Shown: positions 1 through 16,655, counted from the first letter of the stretch. The stretch is 64,000 bases of DNA from a bacterium (GCA_965213685.1 CBDBZY010000064.1:544001-608000); one strand, 5' to 3'. Notes: generated from the sequence alone by a model not told the origin. Translations and numbers: made by a program.

Positions 1-220
1 GTTTCATATGGTTCCTTGAGTTTCTCTGGTTCCCTGTGGTTCTTTGATTACCTCTGGTTTCTTGAGTCCCACTGCTTCCTTGGTCCTGTGTGGTTCCTTG
101 AGTTCACTGTGGTTCCCTGGTTCCCTGGTTTCCTGTGGTTCCTTGAGTTCCTCTGGTTCCCTGTGGTTCCTTGGATTCCTCAGTTCCTCTGGTTCCCTGT
201 GTTTCCTTGAGTTCCTCTGA
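1..220. repeat. Minisatellite of ~9-bp subunits (GGTTCCYTG/AGTTCCTCT), ~27-bp higher-order unit
   Basis: Degenerate reiteration of ggttccttgagttcctctggttccctgt from the window start. It explains the repetitive ORFs at 4-286. Confidence 0.85.
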
Positions 221-479
221 TCTACCCTTCTTTTCCAGCCAAATTTGGCTAAAGAAAAGAACATTGTGTAGACAACGGAGAACCATATTTTCTATATGTA
301 CTTGTACTAGCCATTAAAATTTGGACTGTTCACTTCACATACAAACAGCTGGCAGCTCAATGAGATGACTGGCATTTCTAGCTATGTCAGAGAATAAATA
401 TTAGGGACCTATGGTGATAGGCTTCAAAAGCAGGTTTCACTGAAAATGCCATAATGTTGATATATGACAGCAAGAATCA

Positions 480-1066
480 TGGAATATGCACTTTCACTTG
501 AATGCCGAAAACTCCAGGCCAGACTCAGTCTTCTATACAAGATTATCTACAAGCTATGCTATTTCAATGAAGGCATATTCATACCCAATACTTCAGCTAC
601 TCACCATGCCTGCCATCCTGTTAGAACTAACACTTACTTTTATTCATTCTTACTCTTGTCTTTGCAATTTTGTTTGTTTGTTCCTTTTTTTAGTTCAATA
701 GATGCCTTGTATTAGCCTATGTGCTATGTACCTGTGTTCGTGTCTTCAATGACATTGGCATTTTTGTCCCTATACATAAAGGAAGAAGCAGAGATCCCCA
801 ACAGCTACAGGGAAATCACACTAACTTCAGTGTTTTATCAAAATGTTGGAATCCTTAGTTTTAGCTTGTCTTCTAAGTCACCTGGCTGAGAGAGACATAC
901 CTCACCTCAACCAGACAGCATACTAGAAAAGGGTCTTCTGTGCAGAGGCGCTGTCTTTTCTACCCTTGAGGGTACTCCTAGAAGAATGAAGTATGTACAA
1001 TGTTGTGTGTTTCTATGACCTTTAAAAGGCCTTTGACTCTGTTCAGTACCCTGTCCTCCTCAAGTG
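480..1066 (+). mobile_element. Degenerate non-LTR retrotransposon fragments (LINE C-terminus and RT piece)
   Basis: SLECRKLQARLSLLYKII...RTNTYFYSF resembles a LINE ORF2 C-terminus. 760-1066 reads as FVPIHKG..NSYREITLTSV and CFYDL*KAFDSV (RT motifs) with frameshifts and a stop. Confidence 0.7.
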
Positions 1067-2726
1067 GGGCTTCCACTTGTCCATCACATAGGTAATTTTG
1101 TATGACCACTGGTCTTCACAGGGTGTGAGGTTTGTCCGTTGTCCGGAGGTTAGAAGTTGTCCTTATCTTGGAGGTAGAAATGTACTGATTACATGCTATG
1201 GTTCAATGCATGCTACAGTCGGTTGGGGGCAGGCATTTTGTCCATTCTACGGAGGTTGTCTGCTTCTCGAAGTGCCTATATCGGAGCTTCCACTGTCTGT
1301 AGGCTTTGCTATTGAGATAGAGGAATGTTGGCACAGTTATTACATGGTATCTTTCAGAGAACATCCATGAGTGAGTCATTAATCTTATGGACTCTGTTGG
1401 ACATATGATATGCTTCCTGAAACCTGAGTACAGGCACTACAGGCACACAGTGCACACATCATAATGTTCCTTGGAATGATGCTGTATAAATGCCAAGGTA
1501 AATTTTTGAGCAACACTGATTTCTACATGTATATGGCCATGCCAACTGTTTTTGGAATATAAGCAGTCATTATCCAGTAGATAGACGTAGGCTTTTTGAT
1601 TGCATTAGACTACTCTTTAAGGTTAGGGATGGGAATGCAAAATTTTTCATCACTCAGGGAAGTAGGAGCTATTGAGGAGCTATGCTGTGCACTGTACTTT
1701 TGTGCATATATTACCCCATTTTAGAAATGGAATTTCTCTCTGGTCTGAAGAGGAAGAGCTCTGAGCGTAACCTCAGGTGGTTTAGTTGTGCAAGTCATAC
1801 TTGTTGGTCCATCATCACCCCAAGGAGTAAACTACGGTAAACCTACAAAAACTGAAAGTGCAGAAGACTAGTTTGAATGTAATGATGAGGGATATTCACT
1901 TTACACATGACAATGAGAGTGGGGTAGTGTCCCTGGTCATTAGTTTGGCATCCTGTTGAGTGAATGAACCAGCTCTATATGCATGGCAGTGCAGACATGG
2001 CCTATAGAAGTGTGCCAGTGGGGCAGAGATCATTGATTCTCATACTTGTTTTGCAATGCATGTGTCTAGACACTTTTACACAGTATCTACATGTACATCC
2101 ACCAGCTCAGGCTCCAGATGGAGATTGTAAGCAAACAACTTTCAGACACAGCTGTTTTTATTACCGCATTAGTACCTAATAAATAGATCATGTGCAGCCT
2201 TTGAGGTGCCTCTGTGTATGAGAACTGGTCTGGAAAAACTACCACTCTGTATATGGCTTCATTACTGCTTGTAATACCATTCAATATTCCAAATCATAAC
2301 AAACCATTTCATCTTGAGATTATAGTTGTCTTCTTTGTCTGGACTGTCAGCCAATGCTGGGAATAAGCACACAGAGGATGCATCACAGCAAAAATGAAGG
2401 AAGACCTGTAGGAGTGTGGAATGCATGAAATCACCTGATCCTACTAAATCCCAGGAAGTAAACGTGCAAGCTCTGCCACCTGCGTCGAATTGATTTTCTC
2501 CAGTCGGTTCCTCTGAACAACCAAATATGTGGTTGAAGAAGAAATGTTCATGGAACGAGGAGGAGGGGTTCTGCGTTCTGGAGTATAAGAAGAGGCGACT
2601 GCTCAGCCCGGAGTCATTCGGTAGCGGCGACAACGACTGAAATCGCACTCCGCTAAGCAGAAACTTAGCCACTTCCACAAAAACCTGAAGACTACTTCAC
2701 TCATTCAGAAGCTACGACCACACACC

Positions 2727-3375
2727 ATGTCACCAGCTCGACTCGCGCTGTTAGCCCTTCTCGTGTTGGGGGCTATGTGCTCGGCCTCTGCTCGCTCCGC
2801 GCACACAGAGCAGGACTTTTCCAGGCTTTATAAACGGCCGTTGTACGTTTATGAGGGGGAGGAGATCAATGCCCAAGCTGCCGCATCACGAGCGCCCATG
2901 AACTACCCGCAGCTCACCTCGGAGCTGGTGGCGGTTGAGCAGCAGATGTGTATGGGAAGAGACTTACCAGTTCCATCCGCAAGTGTGGAGGTTTGCTCTG
3001 TGACGCCTTTCCATTGTGGATTGGTGAGGGTGCACGCTGGCGGTAATACTTTCAGCTGGGGTCAAACAAGAAAGACTGCGGCGGTTCGAGTCTGTGACCG
3101 TAAGTATTATGCTACTGACTTTAGGCATACAGTGTATTAAAGACTGACTTAGGTGCTAAACAACTTGCATGCTGACAACTCTAATCTTTCCTTCCGCAGA
3201 AAAAGGTAACATGTGCTACATGCCTATGGCAAATGACTGTTCTCGAATTCGTTCGTGGGCACGTAAAATCCCCATCAAAGTTCCAGCACCTAACGGAGAC
3301 ATAACTGTGAATGTCAACCTACAAGCCTGGCCAACTGAGGCGTGTGTTCAGGTTCACCTTCCACGCTGCGTGTAA
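2727..3375 (+). CDS. Secreted cysteine-rich protein precursor (~182 aa; exons 2727-3099 and 3200-3375)
   Basis: Hydrophobic signal peptide MSPARLALLALLVLGAMCSASA. A phase-1 GTAAGT...TTCCGCAG intron (3100-3199) joins the two ORFs in frame (..VCD-Q-KGNMC..). There are 8 Cys in the C-terminal ~108 aa and a TATAAG at 2584. Confidence 0.85.
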
Positions 3376-3416
3376 CGGTATGTGTGATAATGATAATTAT
3401 TGTACTATAATTATAG

Positions 3417-3946
3417 CTATTGTCTATTTGACTTCACCTGAGCCCTCGAAAAATTGTTATAACTTGTCTATTTTACATCCCATCTAAAAAAACGCTAACA
3501 CCATTGGAATCCTCGCAACTTTCCCGCTCTGGTGATGTCCTACACTAAACATGAAAGCCTACCAGTCAAATGTTAGCTGTATGTCCCACAAAGAAAGTAT
3601 GTAGATACCACTGACCACAAGGAATTTAGTCCGCGTGACCTAACGGAGTGCGCGCGCCCCTCACGCAGCACTCGCGTTCTCGTTTCCAGAGGAAAAGCTC
3701 CAAGAAACGCAGGCTATGAAGATCAGGAAGGATTTTGGTGCGTACTAACCTCCTGCAAAGGCAGCGCAAGAGTAGAAAGCAGATCTACTCGGAGTCTCGC
3801 GCGTATACACAGCTCAGACCACGCCCAGATGCCCGCGCATTCCGCTACCCGCAAATATGAGGGAATTTGTAATAACGACGCGCACTTGCGTAAGCGAGTG
3901 AACCACACCTACTTCCGGGGCTCAGGTGAACGCGAATAGACAATAG
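3417..3946. mobile_element. Non-autonomous TIR element (MITE), copy 1
   Basis: ~29-bp imperfect TIRs CTATTGTCTATT....TTCACCTGAGCCC. A highly similar inverted copy lies at 41933-42460. Confidence 0.9.
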
Positions 3947-4599
3947 TTAGTAGTAAAATGTGCACTCCCATTGTTTTATTCCTCACAAATTTTCATCCAT
4001 TTCCTTTGTACCATTACTTGTACAGGTCTTTATGATTGCAGTACTGGACAGTAAATATGTCATGGAGTAGTAGAAACCTGCATAAAGATAGTCTATAGGA
4101 ATAAGCTTATGCTGCTTTTAGGCTTTAATGAAGTACACAAACCTTTTTGATTTATACAATTAAAGACAGTAGATGTGTTTGATGTATTAGGTGCTGACTT
4201 AAGCACTGGTAAATTATACTTGATCTTTTCATATTATGCTATGTACTAGCAATACTCAAAACAATTATACTGACCAGAAAGTATATATTATGCTGAAGAT
4301 TATGCTCAAGTGCATGGCATCTGAGCATGTTCGGTAGCTTCAAAGCTGGTTGTACATGGCCTCTGAACATGCTCAGAGAAGAGGGTGTTCAACACTCTAC
4401 AATCGCTTTGGAAATGACCAAAGCAGAGCTGCAGAAGCAAACTGTTATTTATGTTACAGTACAATGAAAGAATCTATATACAGTATATACCGACCATTTT
4501 CTCACAGTCTAATTATACACTAAAAAGAGATTAAGTTTGCAAGTATTATGCTCCTTACACAAAAATAGCAATTAAGCCTCTCTCTCATCAGCAAGCATA

Positions 4600-5060
4600 A
4601 AATATTATCACAGGAGGCACACCAGTATATGAGAGCCATGTCCAGAGGCAAGATCCACAGTATTGCTCCACAGAGGAAGGCAATAATGGCAGACATCGCC
4701 AGGACAGAGGATGGCTCCATGATCAAGGGAATGAAACAATGTATTTTAGCAGAGGGAGCTCCAGGCGTGCATGGGAAATCAACGTTTGTGTGGAAACTGT
4801 GCCGAAAGTGGAGTAAGGGTAAGATACACTAGCAATTTAGACAAGTGGTGCCGCTTAGGCTCAGGGAAAGGAGAGTCAGAGAAACACAAAGAGCCAGTGA
4901 CTTGTTTAGACGATGTCAACAGACGGATGGATGCCCAGCTGAATTACATGAAGAATCCATTTCTAGACCTAGTCCAGGGCCAAGAACTACCTGATGCCAC
5001 TGTTCTGATGACCAGCAGGCCTCATGCAAGTGAGGTGATTGTGACCAAGTGTCAAGACCA
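4600..5060 (+). pseudogene. NACHT (NLR-type) NTPase pseudogene fragment
   Basis: Walker A region CILAEGAPGV(H)GKSTFVWKLCRKWSKG, a Walker-B-like CLDDV, and ELPDATVLMTSRPHAS. The motifs are split across frames and internally deleted. Confidence 0.8.
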
Positions 5061-5860
5061 CTTACTGTCGAGTGGAGAAAGTTATAATTGTGACAGTGCA
5101 GCCCCTTCATCCATATACAGCTCTGGAACACGCTGCATCAGACCTAGCTATCCTATTCCAACATTTCTCTACCCAATGATACCCCTCCAAGTAGCTAAAA
5201 TGTATCCCTAGACTTACTGTCAGGAAAATTCTTCTTCTTCTTCTTCTTCGTAATTAGCCAATCAACCAATCAGATTTGACCCTCTGAAATTCCGTGGAGT
5301 ACAAATTATTCTGTCTGTACCAACTGTACCATACCCTCCTCTCCCGTTTTCGAACGTAATGGGTAGTTAGTAACTGGAGAGTAGAGGGTCTGGAAACGAG
5401 ACTACTAACGCTCTAACTCGAAGTAGTATTAGAAGTGCACTTATATATAGCACGATGATGCATGGAGAAGGTTTTAGAAGGTGAATGATACAACACTAAA
5501 GGTATATCCTGTAAGACTTATAATGAAACCAACTAGAGGTGTAAATAAAATCATACAGGTTGAATATAGAACTACTAAGTCCTCCCTCGCTAACAAAACT
5601 TTCTGGGGGATGACCAACTCCAATGCACCGTTTTCGGCTAAAAGCCTCGTTAGTGTCGTGACGTTTTGGAGACGCTTCGCGAGGTGAGTATAAACTTAAA
5701 CTACAACGAATTTACAATTGACTGCCGAAGTATCGGAGCTTAACTCACAATCCTGTGCATTTCCCGATGCTAACGTTAAAAACCTTTACTTTGGCTCGTG
5801 CTGTCGAAACGAAGTTGCTCTCTTCAGTGATGATCCGCCTGCTGCAGTTTCAGACCTTAA

Positions 5861-6434
5861 GGCAGGACGACCCTAAGACATGATTTTGCCTGATTTATGT
5901 TTTATTGTATTCTCCTAATGATGCCTGTTAGCGAAATAACGTAGTTTTGCGTGATATGTCGGTTCATAGAATTATAAAATTTACGCAATATGCATATCGC
6001 TAATTATAGAAAAAAAATTTGCCAATAACGGCTAATGCTGCAGAGACGAAACTTCGGTGGATGATTACTAAGCATGTTGGCTATCTAAGTTTGCTTTAAA
6101 AATCTGTGCTAAATCTTTCTTTCTAGACATATAATCGTTTTCTTCGTGCTGCAGAATTTAGAAAAACGGTAGCAAATTCTGCCGTAAAGTAGCAAGCCAA
6201 GCCTCGAGCAACCCATTGCGCATAAACTAGTTCACTCCCCTTTGGCGAGCATCCACCTCTTTACCGGTTGGCGCCACACAGCGCCGCACGTCCAACGGTA
6301 GCGGGAAATATGAGTTTTTTCCCAGCGAATTTGCAACCGCGCCAAAGAATTGCTGTCGTTTTAGCGTTGGTAAACGTAGGGGGAAAGCGACGGTAGAGTA
6401 ATTGACGAAGAACGCAATCATGACTCGCCCTCCC
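5861..6434. mobile_element. TTAA-flanked non-autonomous DNA transposon (Kolobok-like), copy 1
   Basis: TTAA at 5857-5860 and 6435-6438, with imperfect ends GGCAGGACGACCC / GACTCGCCCTCCC. A near-identical copy lies at 44277-44851. Confidence 0.85.
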
Positions 6435-7195
6435 TTAACTCCCATGTTTTTACGGAAATTTAGACCCTAACGTTATTTCTAAGTTCATATATGAAGCCCT
6501 ACCACATGCACAGCAGCTGACTGTCACATGACAAAGTATTATCAATATATTACCTTGGTGACATGTGACTTGTGTCAACTACTTGTACAGTGTTCCACGC
6601 GAAGAGACAGATCGCCACACTTTTAAAGTTTTTGTAATTTCACTCTCTCAGGGTATAATTATGCTAGTGGGTCATACTATATATCAAATTAATCTTCCAT
6701 CATCAGGAAATACAGGGGTGGCGGAGCAGGTCCGGCAGAACGGGCGGCCGCCGGAGCAATATTTTTGATGGTCGGGGACGGGGCACCCCGTGGACTTGAC
6801 CACTAGTCTTGCGCGCGCGTAATAATTGAAGACCCCTAGTCAAAAAGGGCGTTAAAACGACGTTCGTATACTTTGAGAAAACGGCCATTAAAAGATTTAC
6901 GGGGGTTGTCCACGAAGGTTTCTTCTGTTTGCTATACCTTCTGGGCGTTTCAAGGCGCTTTCTAGACTACAAATATTGTGAACTACCCATGCGGGGAATG
7001 CAGAAAGAGGTGAAAGCACATGACAAGGCCCTTTTGGTGCGAGGTTGAAGGTTATAAATCACATAAGGCATATACTATTTAGACTGTAATACTTCGGCAG
7101 CAGATAGTTGAGTCATAGTCCGCTACTTTTCATGCAAAAGTCTTCTTTTTACCTCGAAGTGTTTTAATGTCCTTTTTGACCGGAGCCCTTCAATT

Positions 7196-7573
7196 GATGA
7201 CCTTTGTACCCGTAAGGAGCCTACGGGTACAACGGTCATCAATTACGCGCGCGCAGGGGCTAGTCTTATTGACTGTACTGTAGGTCTCACTACGTGTACG
7301 TGTACTGTAATGGAGTCTCACTACACGTACGTGTACCGAATAATGTTGTCTACCGTTGCGCAAGCGTTTTACCGTAAGTACACTTGCACAATTGGTGTGG
7401 GCACGCACTGTACTACAGCAAAATAACAAAGAACACCACAGGGATGAACGTAAGTCTTACGTTTATCCCTGCGGTGTGCCGTGTCTAGCCTGCTCTACGC
7501 GTGACCTTTGACCCCGTGGCTTAGGAGTTCAAAGGTCATGCATCAACGCGGGGAGAGCCTGGGGACGAGGCTA
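7196..7573. repeat. Cluster of three hairpins, probably transposon-end remnants
   Basis: GATGACCTTTGTACCCGTA..TACGGGTACAACGGTCATC (7196-7240), CACCACAGGGATGAACGTAA..TTACGTTTATCCCTGCGGTG (~7434-7476), and TGACCTTTGA..TCAAAGGTCA inside a TAGCCT...AGGCTA unit. Confidence 0.6.
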
Positions 7574-8054
7574 ATTTGTGTCCTCTGCGGTTCTTTTGCA
7601 GTTGTATTCTGCGTACCCACGTGCAGAGCTTTAAATGGCGCAATCGCAGTGTTCATTGCTAGTGTACTTTTCATAGCTAGTGTACTTTCCGATATATAAT
7701 CCCATAACGTCCAAGCATCTCATTAATAATCATGATGTCAGACCACCCAGACTCTCGCCTGACCAATCATTATTAGCTTCCGCCGGTCCTTGAATAGGGA
7801 GTTGCCTGCAAAGTTTGGAAGCTAACTGTGCATTTCCCGAGCCTAATGGCAAAGGCCCTCAAAAACCACCGTGACTGTTTTCTTCTGCTGTGCAAAAATT
7901 GTTGAGGTTTGCTTCGTGACAGTGAGTTCACATATACCCCCCCCCCCCCCCTAGGGAAGAAGTATTTTGCTGCATTTGCGTGGAGCACTGTAAGGTCTTT
8001 AAAAAATGTGGAAATGTGGCCATTGCACTCTTCTAGTGTGAAACACTGTCTTCA

Positions 8055-8850
8055 GTATCGATGAGAGTCCTGGGTGTTCAGCAGTTTGGTGAGAACACCT
8101 TCAACCCACTTGGGGCCCTGTCTGTAGTTCTGGACCATAATGTTCTGTCCAACACTAAAATGCCTGGGTCGGGTGTGTTGTTCGTGATATGACACTTGAT
8201 CAGCTTGCTTCTTGTGAACCTGTGTCTCTGTGCTGAGATAAAGCAGGGAGAACCGAGTGCATAGCTGACATTGAAGAAACAGAGTGCATAGAACTCTGTT
8301 GGTTGTGGCATGTGGTGTGGAACAATATGTGAAAAGGAAGTTAGCCAAATGATGAGACAAGGTGTGGCTTTCCTTATCACTTGCCTTCTTTGCTTGTTTG
8401 AATGTCTCGATGAAATGTCCACTGCTCCATTTGAAGAAGGATGATAGGATGAATTATGGGTATGATTTACTCCATTTCCCTTCATGAAGGCTTTGTGTAA
8501 ATTGGGGGCCATTGTCAGAGACAACCTGCTCAGGCAGGCCATACATGATACAGGCTGATGTAGAACAGCATTGGTCTTGGCTGTAGACATTTCAAAAAAT
8601 TCAGGCCACTTTGAGTTGGCGTCAACCACCACTAGAAATGATCTTCCTAGGAATGGCCCAGTGAAGTTGATGGGTAGGCGTTGCCATGGTTTGGCTGGCC
8701 AAGTCCAGGGATGTAGAGGTGCTAAAGGAGGTGCATGCTTGATGCTCTGACAGGATAATGCATCAACACACTGAAGATGCGAGGGCTTCTTTGGCTTGTT
8801 GGAAGGCCTGAGAACATTCCTTTATCCATGCCAAAGATCATCCATTCTGT
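8055..8850 (-). mobile_element. Gypsy/Ty3 LTR-retrotransposon integrase remnant
   Basis: LHPWTWPAKPWQR..FTGPFLG..FLVVVDANSKWPE, DNGPQF, YHPSSNGAV, LANFLFTYCSTPHATT and VQNYRQGPKW, with several frameshifts. Confidence 0.9.
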
Positions 8851-8858
8851 GGGCACGT

Positions 8859-8912
<54 letters not shown>

Positions 8913-9212
8913 TAGCCCTTCTCCGAGGACTTCTGGCTCACACTACAGCCCTTAACTCAGCTTCACTATGCTACAGTTCTTAACTCAGCTTTGCTATAGA
9001 GGAATGTAATAACATGGCATCTTTCAAAGAACATCCATGAGTGAGTCATTAGCACCTGGTATACAAGGCAAACATGGACTCTGTTTGAGATATGATATTC
9101 CTCCTGGAACATGACTACAGACACATAGTGCACCCACATGAATAGTTATTTTGGCTGAATGATGCTGTACAAATGCCAAGACACTTTATGTCAATGTTAC
9201 ATGTGTCAATGT

Positions 9213-12053
<2,841 letters not shown>

Positions 12054-12628
12054 ATGTATGTTAATATGTAGCCTCGCGGAGCCACGCACGCGAGAAAATT
12101 TACACAACAGGACTACCGTGACTAGAACTAAGCGGGTATGTTTGCGCGTTTGAGTTCAAGGGCTCGTTTAAATCCTGACAGATAGATCTCGTGAAAAACG
12201 TTTCCTGTAAAGTGACGTTTTCTCTAAAACTGCTTCGTTCGAGTGTTAGAAGCGTTAGAAACTTACCCGGCCGGCTCGAGTCCGCCATTTTGTTCACGCA
12301 ATGTTTCGTATACCTCCGTTTCACGTCCGTGACGGTACGTAGAGTTGTGTGTTGTATGAAAAGCTCTCTTCTGATACAATGCCAACACCTATACTTTAGT
12401 ACATCTGCACCACATGCACATGCAATGGCAACAGCTATATATATGGAAAGAGTGCAAAAATGTGCCCTAAGAATATGTTCAAGAAAATGAACCAGTAGTT
12501 ACTTGAGATGTTCAAATTGGAAAACTGCCAAATGTATTGATCCTTTTAATAGTATTGTTACTGGGCATATATATATTATATCCACCCAAACACCTCCTGA
12601 AGCATCAAGGTCTACACATATATAGCTA

Positions 12629-12820
12629 CAGGGTTTAATCTAGAAAACTTTATCAGGGGGGGCGGAAATTCAGTCATTATAATCAAATGACCAAATGAAA
12701 AGTAGGTGTGGTTTCTATTCTAAATTAGGATATTGTGAAGGGGTGGTTGAAGAATTTGGGGGGAAGTTGGAGAGTTAGGGGGGAAGCTTTCCTGACACCC
12801 CCTCAGTAGATGAAACCCTG
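12629..12820. mobile_element. MITE with CAGGGTTT-type TIRs, inserted in a LINE 3' remnant
   Basis: CAGGGTTTAATCTA ... TAGATGAAACCCTG. The flanking sequence reads MERVQKCALRICS (LINE C-terminus). No clear TSD. Confidence 0.7.
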
Positions 12821-13139
12821 AATGTATCTGTAATACTGCATACCTTCAGCCCGTACCAACCATCTCAAAATAATGTTCCTTTATGATAAGACCTATTACA
12901 GTATGAATGCTGACTATCACCATTACTGTGTATTTGAAGCAGTTACTTAGCATTTAAGAAGTACATACTATATACTACTCTTTTAGTATATGTACACAAC
13001 TTAAATGGGCGCACTTTATATTAATTAACATTTAAATGCTATTTGTGTGTAACTGCATGAGAAATCATGACATCCCTGGTCTGTACCAGGTATATATACT
13101 TAAACCTGAATTCCATCATCAAAGGCCAAAGACCGCGCC

Positions 13140-13235
13140 AAGACGAAGCATGCGCATGCGCAAATTCAGTGACGTAATTTGGCGCGCAATCTACGCGCGA
13201 AATCGCGAAAGAAGTAACATTCCGGAAGTTAGGTT
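13140..13235 (+). promoter_or_regulatory. CpG-rich putative core promoter with clustered motif matches
   Basis: TGCGCATGCGCA (NRF1-type, 13151), TGACGTAA (CRE-like, 13170), TTTGGCGCGC (E2F-type, 13178) and CCGGAAGT (ETS-type, 13222) within 80 bp. Confidence 0.55.
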
Positions 13236-16200
13236 TGTAGTAGTGATATGCATATCTGATACCATGATCCAGTGTACGAGTACCCAAAGAGAAGCGAAGG
13301 AGCAGTGTATCTGCAGAGCAGGAACGTCTTGACAGACAGGAACAGTTGTACAGTACGTTTAATGAGTACATGAGTGGTACCGCAGCGTCAGCGTGTGTAA
13401 TAATTTGCCGTTCAGCAACTTTTTGGGCCGTCCTGTAGTACCGTTACTGTGTGCTTTCTGTGTACATACTGTACACTGTTACCTTCTAGGGTGCTGTAGA
13501 ACAGCGCTATCACTGCATTCACTTCCTAGCGCCTATACAACTGACTGCTCAGCAACCGATGCAAGGCGGGATGCTTTTGCTAGTGCGTAGCCTTGACACT
13601 GCGGCCTTGTTACTAACTTGCTTAGCGTATATGTGCCGAAGAGACAGTACATTTGCGGGCGATCACATTTGCCAGTATACCGTTGTCCTTTACTACTGAC
13701 AGTATCCAGCGCGCTGACCCAGCCACGCACATGTGTATTTACTCTCCCGTTCTCTTATTCTTCCAGCTGCTTCTGCAGTGCGAGATAACAATCCTACGTG
13801 TACATGTGGCGGCAGTTTAGCGTGCATTGCCGCCAGTCCATCATGTTTAGTACGTTTGTATGTCTACACATCCCCTCTTAATAACTGGAGTGGTACTTCG
13901 AATCCAGCTTGATCAGTTGTTGCTGGATCACGTACGGTGCAGCACCTGTTGCCTGGCTTTGTAGCCACAATATGCCCTCGGGTTCCCCAGTGGGCTACAG
14001 GGCATAGTGGTGGAGAGAGGTGATACAACCACAGTGGAGGGCTGTAGGCCAAGTAAAGGCGGCCAGCTGATTAGTAGGCTCTGTGAATCATAGGGTGTGT
14101 ATGTTACACAGATGCTGTAGTGGGTGTTACTTATTAGCACATACTGTGCTCTGAGACTGAACCACTCTGGCCCTTGATGTAATGGCAACTACTGGACCTT
14201 GTGGGGACTTGTGCTGGTGCAAAGTGCACACTCTTAAGTTCTCAGGCTGCACCTTGCACCCAATGCTTCCACAAAACTGGAACCAAGGCTAATCTCTGGC
14301 TGACCACTGGCTAAACAATGTGGGTGACAATTGGATGACTTCTAGCTGGCCACTGTGCTGCCCAATGGTCCAGTTGGGAGTGGAGTACTCCTCCCATGGC
14401 AAGTGGGAGTTGTGGCTATGGAAGGAATTCTTTGTGGCCACTGTCAGGTAAATGCAACTAGCTGAACAGGTTTGCTATTCTTGCGTTACATGTAGGTATT
14501 TGTAGGTATTTGTGTAAGCCACAAGTATTATTTCCTGCGTACACCCACAGATGCTTTAGTATCTATGGTACACCTGACTGCCTTGAGTCAATGACAAGCC
14601 TTGACAGTATCACTGCAGCAGAATCTGCTAGTTTGTACTCTCCACAAGACCACTCTCCTCATGTGGTCACAAACGTGTGCTAGTGTTGATATCATATGCC
14701 CATCACAAGTGCCCATAGTGGGAGTACTACATGTACATGTAAGTATGGTGAGTATTCTTTGTGTCTGTAGCACGAGGGAATTTAGGAAGTTTCTGGCCAT
14801 GAATAACATGTACACAACACACAATGGTCTTTGTTTGCTGGAGGATGATGTGTTGGGCGCTGTAAGTGTCTGTATTTGTGCACGCAACTTCATGTGATGT
14901 GCTAAGTGCTGTCTGACCATAAGAAATGTCAACAAATGTCGAGTATGGCTGGCAGGCAGGCAGGCAGGCAGGCAGGCAAAAAGCCAGGCAGGCAGGCAAG
15001 CAGGCAAAAAGCCATGGTGTGCATGTTTGCTGCAGGGGCCTTGTTTATTCACTTGTTTTCATAATTGCTTCTCAAGAAGTATCACCATGGAGTTCCCCAC
15101 CCCACACTACAGGCGCCAGTGACCAGTAGGCAGCTGTTGTTGCACTGTAAGAACAATCCAATATTGAAAGTGTGTCCTAGTGTGTTAACAGTGTGCAGTC
15201 ATGCACTGTACTACTATACCTTGTTACTCTCCTGGAAGCTCATAATGACTTTCCTAAGTGTCTAGCACTGTATGATGTGGTTTGCTTTGGTGGTGCGCTA
15301 ATTGATGTATACACCAGCACAAGCCACTGAAATGTCTCATGAGACTCTGAGTGAGCAAAGGTTAGGGAGTAGTTATGCCAACATTAGTGTACAGGTAAGG
15401 TTATGCTACATGACATCTAAGTGGCAAGAAAATTTTGTTGACCACATGTTATTACATGTACCTGTGGACACTTGACATAAGGCTTCACCTGGGAACCTTA
15501 TCAGCTCTCAAAATGAGCCCCACCCCCCCCCCCCCCCCCTCTGCCATTGCTGCTTGTATGGCCCTAATCTGTCCCTCTGCAATGTGAAGAGGAAGTCCAG
15601 TCATAGACAGGAAGTGAGTAGTGGGTGCTGAGGTCATTAAGTTCCCCAGGGAGCTTGCACAGCACTCTTTATCAGTTGTTGCTGACCACTACACACTCTA
15701 CACACTAGCTAGCCTCCATCACTGTCAGGACAGACCCAGGACTTCCTGGCAGAGGGTTCGCATTAACAGTGCTAGCTTGCCACCCCCCACACCGTTGGGG
15801 CGCTGTTCATTGCATGGGCACGATGTGCTCTGGCAGGGCCCAAAGGGAATGTCCCCTGACTCCTTGCGACTGACCTTAAGTACATGTAGTAATCTGGTAA
15901 CTTCGTCATGCCATTGCTACATCTGTCAAAATTTGAAATGCCTCACCTACAAGAAAGTAGTGTCATGGAGTGGCTGGTCCTCTTGGTCCCCGGCAGGGCT
16001 AGAGCAGCAAGGGATGATAGCCTCATCTACATTTGTGATGCAGTCAAGTGCCCCTAAATCTATCCTTCTATCAGAAGGTCTTGTCATTCATGGACATGTA
16101 TTGTGTTGGTATTGCAAGACTCTGACATAGTCATAGCAGTACAAGTTGAGGGTGGTACCTCTCCACCCTGTGAGTGTGACGTGCTTGGGGCCTCCTGCCT

Positions 16201-16579
16201 TGGCTGTGCTGTTCTGTTGCAATGCATGTACACGTACAAATGCACCATCCCCTTACCATACACTGGCTGCTGGTCTGGAAGTGCTGTACAAATACATGAA
16301 AATCTGCACAGTGTTGAGAGCCTGTTTTATCTCCCATGGATTAAGAATCTGAAGGCACCAGTACCTCTCCCTCTTCATACTATACTGTATATGTCCTCAC
16401 TATATACAATGTACATGTATGTATGTACATATTATGTACATGCAGCATGCAGCATTAGTTCTGCTGGTATATGGAGAAGGTATGGAGGAGGACCATGTGA
16501 CTTGCATGATGCATTCCTGCGTGTGCCATGATCACACCACCACCATACTGGGAGCGAGGTACTTTGCTCAGGAATGGTG

Positions 16580-16655
<76 letters not shown>

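Noticed and set aside
1300-1500. LTR pair with 8985-9180 bounding the Gypsy remnant
   Set aside because: The two ~200-bp copies are diverged, show no clear TG..CA ends, PBS or PPT, and enclose an unrelated host gene. Treated as a dispersed repeat.
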